Shown: positions 12,193-24,240 of the stretch, in pieces
Position numbering within the stretch: the stretch's first letter is position 1
Layout: every line of letters begins with the position of its first letter
NCBI GenBank assembly: GCA_044892525.1
Contig: CM097885.1
Span: 44,332,001 to 44,396,000, forward strand
From: Schmidtea polychroa
Lineage: Eukaryota
Length of the DNA stretch: 64,000 nucleotides
Direction: 5' to 3'
Notes under the pieces: model-generated
What the model was told of the DNA's origin: nothing
Databases searched by the model: none
The model's input: only the letters and a program-made list of their open reading frames with translations
Made by a program: the position numbers and the translations under genes

Positions 12193-14709
12193 CAACGTTC
12201 CCTCTAATTTTTTTTTTAGTTGAGCAGAAAAAAAATATTGCGCCACAATTAAAAAATTAAATAAAAATTAAGCAATTAGGAATTTTTTTTATTTGAAAAA
12301 TCATATTTTATTTTTGTTAAGTACATGATTATTTTTTTTCTCGCCTATCTTTATTGTGCTTCCAGTAATGGTATACTTTATCCAGATCAATAATATTTTC
12401 CGAAACCAAGTGTGATTTTATCCTTATTAAGTTACTCAAGTGATTAACGTCCAATCTATTTCTAAATTTTGTTTTATTCATCATCACAATCAGCACTCGA
12501 CGCTTGAAAGGTTCCTCAAATATCAAACAAATATTTTATATTTTGAAAACAGTATTCACGAAGAACCAATTGAAGAAGATCATTGAAATTACGACCGTTA
12601 TTTTAAAATTTTTCCGTAAATAAATATTTTAAATCTTTATACTCATCCATTATTATTTTATTATCTATATTTGGGATGAGATCTCCATATTTCAATATTA
12701 TTTTTTTAAATTTTCATTCCCATAATTAAAATCTGATGTATTGACAATGCCGTTTTGATCAAAAGCATTCCAAAGATCCATGTCACTATCAGGAAATCTT
12801 TTATCCAAATGGTGGCATAACTTCTCAATAAATAGAATTATCCCAGACAATTTTTGCATATCATTATTACCTTCATCTTCGAGAATTTTTTTCACATCCT
12901 CATTCCAATAAACTATACCACCAAGGTATTGACTTCTTAATTTTGTGATGATCGATTTACAATATTGATGCGCTTCCATTGGTGATAAAACACTTTTTTG
13001 TAAATATTTTGATAACTTTGTCAATTCTGTAAAAACATCATTTAATGCGACCAAGGTTACACGATTAACATTATTTTTTAAAGCTGCAAAGCAATATTTT
13101 GCGATTGGATCAACTGAATTTGAATTATCAACCTTTTCTTTGAAATATTTATTCTACCGAGACGTCATAATTCCGAATGAACGGAATAATCGCAAAATGG
13201 TGAGAAAGCCAGCGTATTTCATTAAGAGGTCGGAATATCAAAACTCCATTAGATTTGCCATTTCTTCAAAATGATGTTTTTAACAGATGAACGATGGAAC
13301 ACGGTATAAACAGTTCGCAATAACGTTTCTACTTGGGAAATAAGAGGTATACCCTTCCAAGAATCATCGATATTCAAATCTTCTCTATGAGCAACACAAT
13401 GCTGAGCTGTCAAGTGGTAAATTTCTCGCGTTAATAGTGCTGCAACTCCATTATAGGCTCCCAGCATTACTGCAGCTCCATCGGATGTTAACATTACCAT
13501 CTTTTGCATATCCAGATTAAGTTTTTATAAAAAACATTTTATAGACTCCACAATTGATTTTGCGTCACATGCATTTAACTGTATTTATGCCAGCAAAAAC
13601 AGTTTTGTAATTAAATTCAAACCGAAATTTAATATAAATTATTAACATTTCGTTAACTGAAACATCAGTGCTTTCATCCAGTATTAAACAATGAAATTGT
13701 GCCATTCTTATTTCATTTAAAGTTTTTTGTTGGATAACGTGATTGATACATTCAACGAATTCAAAAGCATAATTTTTGCTGCGCCAATTTTCTTGAATCT
13801 CTACATATTTTGCAAAATGATTGTTTATTTCTTGAACAGAGTTCATTGAAGCATTCATTTTTATCACCAGAATAACATTATCTATTAATATTTTAATTTT
13901 ATCAACACCAGTTTTTGCTCTTGAAAGAGCTTCGGTACGATTTTCTCGATCTTGCTGCGTTTCTGTAAGTAGTTGCAGAACTCCACCTGATAATCGTGCA
14001 CGTAGTATATTGACAGTTTCTATGTAGGATTTGTGATTAATATGTCGCTTTAAATAGTCAAGTTTCCAGTCGTTCCACTTTTTTCCCGTTGAAAATTCTC
14101 TATCGACTTTAGCCTCAGCACAAAATTTACATTTAACGGCAGAAGTTTCAAGGAGTACAAAAATCTCACCCAATTTGATATTTTGCTTGCTACAAGAACT
14201 TGGTATTGTTGTTTCAACATAGATAGAAAGCCATTCCGGTTTTAACCGCCTCACTTTATTCCCCAATTCGCCACTAGCTAAAGTTTTCCTTTTCGACATT
14301 ACTTTTGAGAATATTTGAGCTATATTGAGATTTATAAATTATTACAAAACATTAGTATACTACATATATATTAAAAATTATAAAACATACCGTTGTCTAA
14401 AAACACAATAACTATTGGAAATTGATATACACTATTCACTGAAACAAATAACAACCGCTGTGGGCAGATTATATGAAACGAATGAAATGAGAATAATTAT
14501 CTTAAATATTTAAAACTCTAACGAGTTCATAGCCTACTAAGTAACTAATTATTTTTAAATAAGTATTTGAATTTTTAAAGTGGTAACTTTAAAAATTATA
14601 ACTTTAGTTCCTAAAAAGAAAATTTCTTTTTCAAGAAGAAATTTGTTATGCGAAACTTAAAAAATTCCTGTGCGCAATTGCGCACGTGCACACCTTAGAG
14701 GGAACGTTG
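12193..14709 (-). mobile_element. hAT DNA transposon (ZNF862-like transposase family), both ends intact
   Basis: Perfect 15-bp TIRs caacgttccctctaa / ttagagggaacgttg; 8-bp TSD gtctcggg / gtctcgag (7 of 8 match). Confidence 0.93.
12329..14299 (-). pseudogene. Frameshifted hAT transposase
   Basis: ORFs 13565-14299, 13249-13509, 12698-13054 and 12329-12526. N-terminal CxxC..H..H, LILDESTD, TSDGAAVM, HCVAHR and C-terminal KTKFRNRL motifs. The ERGFS catalytic region appears disrupted. Confidence 0.9.
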
Positions 14710-15394
14710 GTCTCGAGACAGTTGGGATGCTTGTATGTTTGTTTTATGATGTGAAAATAAATAACAATAAGAACAAATTGCATAATTAACCTAAACTAAA
14801 AAATCACTTACAATATTCCAATAGTACAAAGCACGATCAAAGTTCCGAATAGATAAATTGAAATAGTTAATATGCGCACGAATAATTATTATAGTCCAAA
14901 TTCTCTTGTAGTTTCAGATAATTCAATGTTTCTTTCTTATTAGTTTATTTATTGATTTTTTTTAAATTCAATTTTCTATAGCGATAATTTACCAAGGTAA
15001 ATTATCCATATATAATAAAAAAAAATAAATAAAAAAAAATAAATAAAAACAAATTCTTCTCCACGTGAATTTAAATTTATTATAGAGTTAAATTAATATA
15101 TATTCACTATCAAACTAGCAAAAGGTTTAAAACTGATTTAATCATTTAACACAGTTTTTACAAGAAACAATATTTAAATTGGCAATAAAACTTACAGATT
15201 AATAAAATATATCAATAGAATTTCATAAACTATTCAACTAAATGTCAACTTCACGTAAAAAATATACATAATAAAATTTGACAAATAATTCACTTTAAAA
15301 TTACATTTTATTATTTATATTCTCAATAATAAAAATGATATTGTTGTTTTGTAAAAAACAAATTACAAATAGCCACTATTGTATTTTAGACAAT

Positions 15395-16453
15395 TTAATT
15401 TCTAAAATTTTTAAAATAGTATGCAAAAACATCGAAAAATAAAATATCGAAAACATAAACATCGAAAGCATTTTTATTATTTAAAAAACATGACACAAAA
15501 GCTAAAGCTGCAAGTTGTCGCAAATATAAAGAAAAATCAGGATCCTGTATATCCTTATATTTGTCGCAAATTGGACTGTTTCTTTGTATTTCTCTCCATA
15601 TACATTGAGAAAAATGGAAGAAACAACCACGAATTCTTGTATCGGGGAAGCAATCTTTGATTGAATTAATAATTGCTTGTTCAAAATCCGATAACACAGA
15701 TACTGGTGATAGAGCAGGCTTTATTTGCTTTAATTGGCGAAAAACTTTAGTATAAGTTTCTTGTCTTTTGTTAGGCAAAAGAGCATAAACCAAAGGTATC
15801 ACTGTTTTATCGATAATACAATGTACCGTAAACATCTGAAAAAATAAACTTGGAGCAGTTTTAAATGTTCCATCAACGTATAAATGCGGAGATGATACTA
15901 ATGTATCAATTAATCGACTTGTGCTGAACATCACAATTCTATCTGCGCCATCATTTGAATCGTAGATTACAAAATCATCTCCGATTGCAGTTTTTCTTAA
16001 GTTTTCGGGTATAAATAAATCCGAAAGTGATGTCGGCGAAGGCAATATCCCTGATGCTTGATTTCTTTGTCTTCTGATAGTTCTTTTGATCGAATCTATC
16101 TTCGGCAACTTGCTACAAACAGCTTGAGACGATGTTGACGTTGCCGCTGCAATAATTTGAAGCGGTGTTTCGGTGGAAGTTTTTGAACTTTCTTTTATTT
16201 CAGAATAAAGCTCTTTAGCTTTAATAACGGCCACTTTTGGAACATGATTATGTTCTCCTATTTCTTTTTCCACTTGATTATCAACAGTGTGGCATCTTCC
16301 TTTGCACTTAAATGTCAAATATTCCACACATTTCCAATAAGTTTTTTCGTTATGTTGCCTATCTTTTTGATAAAGAAAACTATTATATAAAAGTTGATTA
16401 ACAGCTTTTTGACTTTTAATAAATTTAATCTCCATTTTTATAATTGGAATCAA
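15395..16453 (-). CDS. FLYWCH-MULE (Mutator-like) transposase, C-terminally truncated
   Basis: FLYWCH motif (FLY...YWKC......C...C......HNH), YVDGTFK, LSDFEQA, GCFFHFSQCIWR. After LAALAFV the ORF runs into TIR sequence, so the last catalytic Glu region is missing. Confidence 0.88.
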   Translation of the reverse strand: MIPIIKMEIKFIKSQKAVNQLLYNSFLYQKDRQHNEKTYWKCVEYLTFKCKGRCHTVDNQVEKEIGEHNHVPKVAVIKAKELYSEIKESSKTSTETPLQIIAAATSTSSQAVCSKLPKIDSIKRTIRRQRNQASGILPSPTSLSDLFIPENLRKTAIGDDFVIYDSNDGADRIVMFSTSRLIDTLVSSPHLYVDGTFKTAPSLFFQMFTVHCIIDKTVIPLVYALLPNKRQETYTKVFRQLKQIKPALSPVSVLSDFEQAIINSIKDCFPDTRIRGCFFHFSQCIWREIQRNSPICDKYKDIQDPDFSLYLRQLAALAFVSCFLNNKNAFDVYVFDILFFDVFAYYFKNFRN

Positions 16454-16642
16454 TATTTAGCTAATTTAATAATTTAACTATGAAGAAATGAAAGGAAACG
16501 GAAACAATTTAAAGGGACTTTTTATTAATTTTTCGATATTTTGTTTTCGATATTTTTGTTTTCGAAATTTTTTCTATTCGATATTTTATTTTCGGTGTTT
16601 TTGTTTTAGTTTTTTTAATTTTCGGTATTTTGTCCGGGATTC
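15421..16642 (-). mobile_element. MULE element with repetitive TIRs
   Basis: (aaaatatcga)-type repeats at 15423-15468 are inverted relative to (ttttcgatat)-type repeats at 16528-16642, ending ccgggattc. Possible 9-bp TSD taaaatagt / taaaataat. Confidence 0.75.
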
Positions 16643-16754
16643 TAAAATAATTCGATTATTGATGTAGTAAAATTTTATAAAATATTTAATTAATTTTAAA
16701 GTCTATCAAGTCCCAATAGTATGCAATTTTTAATTTTCCAATTATTTTTTAATT

Positions 16755-17629
16755 TGTTGGGGTTGTCGGTGAAATTAAATATAACCAATTATTGATTTGA
16801 CTCCAAGGGTGTTTAATCCGGTAACAACAACAATGAATTTCAGACAATACAAACCTTTATTGATTAGCACAAATGACTATTACAATTATAACGACACAAA
16901 ATACTCAGAGCCGAACCAATTGCTTTCAAGATCTTATTACAACACTTGAAGAATAGGATTTTTGATAACAAATTTGAATACACAACTCCGCAACTACCAT
17001 TTCTGAACTGATAATTGGTAAATCTAGCTGGTTGCTTTCTTGCTTCGACTCAAATAGCTCACCCCTACCAATAATTAATTTGATTCACACTACTGATATT
17101 AATTAAGTAGACAATACTCTTTTTTTTGATTTCAATTTCCAACTTCTTTGATTCTAATTTTCTGCAAATTTTAAGTCTTGATTTGTGCCCAATTCAATTT
17201 GTTACTCTGCCGTTTATAGGTTTTAATTTGCTTACATCGAGAGATTTTCCAATACTGTTTTCGTTTTATTTTTTCCAACCAATTTCCGACTTTCCCATTC
17301 ATTCCTGTTATATCGGATAATTGTCGAGATTTGCAATCCGTGGTTCATTCGATATATCGGCCAAGCTGTCTAGATAAAGCAATTCCATTTTCCAATTTTT
17401 TGTTTGTTTTTGTTTTCCTTTTTCAATTTGTACTTATTAATTAATAACGAGCTTGTCGTATTTCATTGTTAAATTTTATCGATTCTTTGTGGTTTCCTTT
17501 TCATTTCCCAACTTCTTCCCCCACTTCTGCTTCTCGAGATTTTTTGAGGAACATATCATTTATTTTATGTCCTTTCCTTCCACTCATCTTTATTAATTAT
17601 TTAATTTTACTATTCGGGTATACTCAACA
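16755..17629 (-). mobile_element. Solo LTR (875 bp), Gypsy-like
   Basis: tgttg...caaca termini with a perfect 4-bp TSD aatt (16751-16754 and 17630-17633). Related to the LTR at 11546. Confidence 0.8.
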
Positions 17630-17894
17630 AATTGGTGAATTATAATTATATAATATTAAAACGAAAAAACAAGACTAGTTGTTTCGACCAGTCATTTGGA
17701 GGAATAACTTCTCCATCTGACAGGCGGTGTAATTTGAGCCCTCGTGTCTGTGTGTGCGTTGTTGTTAAAATGTTTTTTTTCTGTTATGTGTGCGCACACA
17801 GACGCGGATAGGGTTATTTTTATGTTATTTATTATTATTCGAATTGGTTTATCGAAATTGATTTTTTTGGAATTCGAGAAATTTTTTGAATTAT

Positions 17895-18286
17895 TAATTC
17901 ATTGTTTCTTGCTTGAATTCTTGGAAATTGTCAAAGGATTTTTTTTGAATTTGATAAGGAAGATAAAGAAGATCGAATGCTGAAAAGAAATTTCGAATTG
18001 CTTTTCTTTGAAATTATTAAATTAGTTGTTCAATGTCAATATGATGCCAATGCTGCTGTTCGACACAAACGTTATGGAATGGTGTTCAATCAATATTTAC
18101 GAAGATTGGATATATTATATGCTATGACGTTAGTGACTGATGACGAGAATATTCGATGGGGTCAGGTTGTGAAATTATATTTGAATCTGGCAATCAAATG
18201 TTGCAATACGGTGCTTGCTAAGCAGCAGGTGAATGCAAAGCCCTCTATCAAAAAGGAAAGGGTCTGATAGTTATTGGAGAATTTGA
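17895..18286 (+). pseudogene. Intronless TPR-containing immunophilin fragment (FKBP6/shutdown-like), with frameshifts and an internal deletion
   Basis: FLLEFLEIV, then ...EIIKLVVQCQYDANAAVRHKRYGMVFNQYLRRLDIL...[22 protein letters not shown], then after a frameshift [16 protein letters not shown]. This fits the TPR1-3 pattern of FKBP cochaperones. Confidence 0.6.
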
Positions 18287-18377
18287 TGCTGGTATTTCAA
18301 AAAATGATCAAACTCGAGAACATGCTTTGTTGGCTTATAAACTTGGAGTCAAGCAAATGATAATTGATGTAAATAAA
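18276..18377 (+). pseudogene. EEF1A: Elongation factor 1-alpha fragment
   Basis: [34 protein letters not shown] versus canonical [34 protein letters not shown]. Confidence 0.92.
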
Positions 18378-20388
18378 AAAGTGATTTTTAGTCTAATTAG
18401 ATTTGATTTGTTCACTAGTGTTATAATTATATAATACTAAATCTAAAATCACGTATGTCAATCAACAAAGGGTTCGACTAGTATTTTTGACCATGGGTCC
18501 GCTCTATCCATACTACTCAACATTTTCCACTTTAATTTTCGGATCCAATGATAGCGTTTCACAAATTACAAGTTCCCAATAATTATAAAATTTTTTTTAA
18601 TAAAATTTTCAAAATCAGAGAAACTATTAAATGTCATATGTTAAAAATTTATAAGAATTTTTTACACTCCAGTTTGATGTTAATATTATCTAAATTAATA
18701 TATTTTATCTCATATATTATATGATAAAGCACTGAGTAGGAATATCACAGACAATTAATTGCAGAACTTATCAATAAATCAATGTCAAATAATTTAAGAT
18801 AACAGTAATAAAGTCTGCAATTATTATTTTCCAATTAATAAATTGTCATCAATAATAAATATTTCAAAATTTTCCCTTGGATTTTCGACAATACGATTTT
18901 TCAATCACTATTACACGTGCAATATTCTGTTGATTATGGTGAGGTAATCATATTTCTCATGCATTCTATTCGTGTCTATCATCCATTATTCACAGATTTA
19001 GGATGCCAATGAAACAGCCAATGAAACAGCCAATAGATTTGCCATTTCATTTTCACTGGCCAATTAAAAATCAAAATTCAAATTCCGCTTTTGAAGATCG
19101 ATAAACGTTTCGTAATCGGAATTTTTCAAACAATTAAATAAATTGTTATTTTGTTTATTCGAATTCCAGAATCAAATGAGCTTTGAAAATATTTTTGAAC
19201 CCGAACCGACATTATCAAGGTATAGAATTTTCGATTTATTCTGGGGAGACGATAATTTTCTTGAAAATGATTATGATAAGTTAGCCTTATATTATTATTA
19301 TTATCATTTTTATTATTAAGCAGCGTAAGCTTTGTGCAAGTCCCAATAGTAGACTGGTTTCGAGTTTTTGGTTACGCTGTTTAATTTTTTTGAAAGTCAT
19401 CCGACAAAAAATTGTTATTATTATTATTAACATATAAATATTATCATCACTATTATTCACTAAAAACGTGGTACTTTAATTGACAAGTGTGTTTTTAATT
19501 TTGTAAATTACATAATCTTTAATTACAATCAATCTAATTTAATTAATTTAATTGCATCTATTGCATAAATAAATTACAATGAACTCCTATTAAATGTGAT
19601 CTTTATTCATTTAAAAAATCAGTTCAGATTAAACCGTTTCTGAAAATAGGAAATGAAAAAATTGTTTGAATAAACTAATAATTACTGCTTAAACTACTAA
19701 CTAAAATACAATAGAATAGCCAAAATTTAACAGCAGATGGTTTATAATAAAGAGATGAGAGCAATAAAATATATTGTATAGGATTTAATAATGAAAAGAA
19801 CTTGGATTGAAGAGGCAATGTTCTTTTCAAAATGTTACCGTATTTAATTTAAATGCTTATTATAATTTGAAACTGAAAGATTAATATTTCTCAGAAGTGG
19901 AAGAATTAAAAGAAATATGAAAGAGTTTTGTATGTAAGGGTATGCAATTTATTTTGTGATAAAAAATTTGAGGGACCTCACAAAGTCAGAAAAATGACTT
20001 TTAAAAGACAAATTTATTAATTATGATTGTTTTAATCCTAGTATTAATCCAATATTAATTAAAGTGATGAATGTTATATAGGAGCGGAATCTGTTTTAGT
20101 TTAATATAATGACGTTCTCTGAACCTTTAATTGCAAATCACATAAAATATTCAGTTGATTTGAATAAAGTATTTGTGACTACTACATTCTTTATAACTTT
20201 GCCATTCATTTATATAAATGTTTACATTAATTTTAATTTTTATATACATTTTAAAATGATAACCTACATATATACTCAAAAATACAATATTTAGTTGTAA
20301 AATCTTTTAATTTATTATGACATGAAAAATTACCGGATATTATATACAAAAGTATACAATAGTATTCCCACTTTTAATTATGTTTAAA

Positions 20389-20815
20389 ATGGTCATAGAT
20401 TTGCTAGACTTGTATAGCATTGTAAACGATTCCGAATCTTTATTTAATTGGTACATTGAAACAGGAATTTTAGTTTGTCACAATCTTATGAAATTATGTA
20501 AACTAAGAAAGACAACCGATCGATATTTTTGAAGATGTAGATCTAGACATTCTGGAAATATACATGATGAAAAACGAGAAATTCTAACTCAGTAATATTT
20601 TTCAAACTCCAAACTATCACTTAAGTGTTTAATAATGCTTGTTTATGAATGGTTTTATAATTGTCCTAAAAATAGCAATATATTTGTATAAAAAGCTTGG
20701 GAATTTTTGTTCTTTGAAAATAATTCCAAACATGTTACAATTTGACGATGAAAACTCTATTGTATAAATAGATGAGTCAAAATTTATAAAATTGAAACAT
20801 TTAAAAACAGTGGGG
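20389..20815 (+). pseudogene. Degraded Merlin (IS1595-like) transposase fragment
   Basis: MVIDLLDLYSIVNDSESLFNWYIETGIL...DRYF*RCRS...HDEKREI...FSNSKLSL...VYEW, with IDESKF downstream at about 20768. Confidence 0.6.
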
Positions 20816-23139
20816 ATATTATTACTATTACTATTGGAGGTATCTAAAATGCGATTTTTTGTCGACTTGACAATCTATTTATAATCCATTTTAAATAATA
20901 TAGTTAAAACCGATTACTTTAATTCTGTAGAGCATAGCACGGGCTTTCAAATGGTATATAACACTTCGCCAAACATCAAAAAGTCTTTGTAGAACAAATA
21001 GTTTCATGCAATGGCGGCAACTTACGCAAAAACAACTTGTTTAATAGACTATATACACAAAAAGTGTAAAAAATGTAATTTTACTAATGCAATATAACTT
21101 AATTTTTTGGAGTACAAAAATCTAAATTCATACACTAAATTTAATTATGAAAAAAACTTTACACTTTTGTCATTTTTTAACCTTATATCACAGTTTTTCA
21201 TGTATTTTCATGTATTTAACAGACACGGCGAAAGGGTTAATAAAATTTTGTAATATCAGTTAATAAAATCGAAGTAATATTTGAGATCTAAAATAAAAAT
21301 ATTTGAATATAAATTTAAAACTGAATAAATTGAAATTGTTTTAATTAGTTTAGGATTTAAACTATCGAATTTAAATTTAAACTATCGAATTCAAACAAAT
21401 TAATATCAAAAATAACAAAACTAATTGATAAATACATAAATAAATTCATAACTTTGAGATAAAAATTTCTATCAAGTTTATTGTTGTTCTAGAATAAAAA
21501 AAATTATACAAAATGATAAATAATAATTTTAACAATAATTTATAGAAATAGGCGATTTTTAATAATCATCTATTTATTGAATATAATTTTCATTTTTGTT
21601 AATCTACTTATAAAATTGTTATCGGAAAACACACAGAAAGAATTATGGCAGTTCTACAATGAATGTATTTGATTAAAACAATGATATAAAATTAATAGAG
21701 ACCAGCTGCTTAAATTGAAATTTCAATAGAACTCTGTTTTAATTCATTGAAAATTTGAAACTGACAAGTAAATTTAAAACTTTGAAATGAATATCTATAT
21801 ATCTATACATATAATTTTTGTAATTGTAGTAAAACAAAACGTTATTTAAAACAAATAAATTAGAGAATCATGATTTTAAAATTTTTATCTTCTCGAGTGA
21901 TGTTTTAAAAATGCAAATAAAATTGTTTACTTTTGAATTAATAGTATTATAATTTAATTTGATTATGTAAATTGCGTAATTAATTATTGAGTTTATTAAA
22001 GTCATGAACAGCAAATAAATAATCAAGTTGTTCTTAAAATTTATAAAATACATTATATATATATAATTATAAAATTCAATATTTGTTTGTTTGTACAAAA
22101 TTAAAATTTAAACAACGCAAAATATAATAAAGATAGAATATTCAAAATCTAATAACAAGTGTTTGATAATAGGGTCATTAGTGGTTCAAATTTTCGAGGC
22201 TTCAGGTCGATGGGTTCGGATAACAATTAAAATATAAAATTACCATTTAACACTAAGTCCCTATTAAACAAAAAATTGACATTATTAAAATTAAAGCTAC
22301 AATAAAAAATGTAACATTCTTTTTTGTAACCAAATATGTTAATATTTGCAATCATGGACACTGCCAGGATTTTGTGGTGAATGTGAAAATAATTAATGAT
22401 TGCATCATATATTTGACAAAATGCGGCTTCGTTAAGGTTTATCAGCAGCAATTACCATTTTTAACATTGTTTTGCATTTCAAAAAATAAAAATTTGATTC
22501 GGAATAAAATCCATTGTAAAAAAGAATAAAATTTTTAATTCATGAAAAATCCCATCACCTTATACGGATGCTCATAATTGTTTTTTAATTCATCTCTCAG
22601 TTTCATAAATTTGTTGTCCCATTTAATTCAGGTGTTTTATAATATAGAATAAAAATAATATGGTAATATTTTTTGATTTTTAACATAAGTACAATTTATA
22701 AATATAAAAAATTGTATAATATTTTATTCCTTGACATATTTTTTATTTGAGTGAATTTGTTTCAGTAGATTATTGTCATTTTTTAAAATATTGTAAAAAT
22801 CTTCACAAGAATTTGTCAAATTATATTTGACACTTAAAATGGCTTTCAAAGTTTCAACACTTAATTTTGATTTTTCTGATTTCCACGCTTGATTTACTGT
22901 AGAGAAAATGCGTATAAATATAAATAAATTACTTACCTTAATTTTCTATGGTAAGTAACAGATTTGTAATATTTATTTGTTTAATTAGCCTCTTAGCACG
23001 CAGCACGAACACGAAGTGTATCATCTGAGAAAAAAATACAATGTAACTAGATAAGAAAAGCAATATGTTAGTAGTCCGTTGGATTCTTAGAATGCAAAAC
23101 AATGATTTTCATAAATATAAAATTTTTAACTTAATTCTA

Positions 23140-23231
23140 AAAGTCGGGACTTTTGAAAACGTAGCGGGAGGTGGGATAAATTATGAAAAATCGGAACTGT
23201 CCCGCCGAAAGCGGGACGTCTGGTCTCCTTA
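23140..23231. mobile_element. Terminal fragment of a hAT-like MITE
   Basis: Repeated cggga motifs ending gggacgtctggtctcctta, similar to the taaggtgacc terminus at 5157. Confidence 0.45.
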
Positions 23232-23699
23232 ATCTTGGAGAACCTAGCCGAAAGTCAGATTAATTGGCTAATAAATAAAATTGTGAAAAAAACTTTGTAT
23301 AAGGCGAGAGTCTCGCGTCAGCCTAATTAGATGATAAAAATTACTGGCCGATAGACTATGAATAAAAATTTCAAAACTGCGGGATTAACTACAAAAATAA
23401 ATGGGGGAAAATTTGTATAAATATAAATAGTCAATTTGTGAGGGATTGTCTCAAAGAAAAACTGAAAAAGAGAAACTAGAGACGAAGTGAAACCAAATTG
23501 TTATCTAAACCAGATTGTGTAGTGACATTAAAAGAGTGATATCCATTGAATGTCTACCACATCAACATCCATGGTCAAATAGTATTGTATTTTATATTTG
23601 CTTGAAATAAAGTTATTTTGTTGGGATTCGAGCTTCATTTCCTTAATTCTTGAAATCGAGGAGTCTAATTCCTATTGACAAATTATTAATATCCCAACA
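23232..23699 (+). mobile_element. Possible truncated solo LTR
   Basis: TATA-like tataaatata, an aataaa signal, and an atatcccaaca end like the other LTRs. Confidence 0.4.
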
Positions 23700-24097
23700 A
23701 GTTTTATTCATTTTTAAAATTTGATATGACAATAATATTTACCAAGAAAACTTTGCTTAATAATCTTATTAATTATTAAATTGAGATTTTGTTTTATAAA
23801 TTTGATATTTCCATATTTTCTCTTCATTTTGTCTTCTTTATCAAATGTTTCACAAAGCCCAGAAAAACTTCATCATTTAATTACAATAGCATTTATTTTG
23901 CATTTAAATTTTAAAAATATGTTTACCATATTTGTTTGGTGTTGAATTTATTTATTCTTTTTTGTTATCGAATTCTCATTTTTTTCCTCTAGAAAAATGA
24001 TTTAATTAAGTCTTCTGCTATTTTATACAGCTAAATCTTTCTGCTGTCTTCTGTACAATTCAAACAGTATTCTGTTGTTTTGTAGGTAAAACCAATA

Positions 24098-24240
24098 ATA
24101 TTATAAGAACTTTTTATTTCCATTTCACCGCTGATTTTATTTTCATTGTATTTATTAAAAAGAGCTTGAGGACTATAAATCAGTAATATATCGATGTTTT
24201 TGATATATTACTGATTTAGTCCTCAAGCTTTTTAATAAAT
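24098..24240 (-). repeat. Repeat family A copy with fold-back arms (no ribozyme core retained)
   Basis: agcttgaggactataaatcagtaatatatc ... gatatattactgatttagtcctcaagct inverted pair. Confidence 0.75.

Larger units (their letters stand above)
11546..14823 (+). mobile_element. Solo LTR (about 750 bp) interrupted by a hAT insertion
   Basis: Starts tgttg and ends ccaata (degenerate ccaaca). Shares blocks ttaattaa(g/t)aagtacaaat and tatct(t/a)gacagcttg with the LTR at 16755-17629. TATA-like tatataaa near 11959. The TSD is not clean. Confidence 0.55.
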
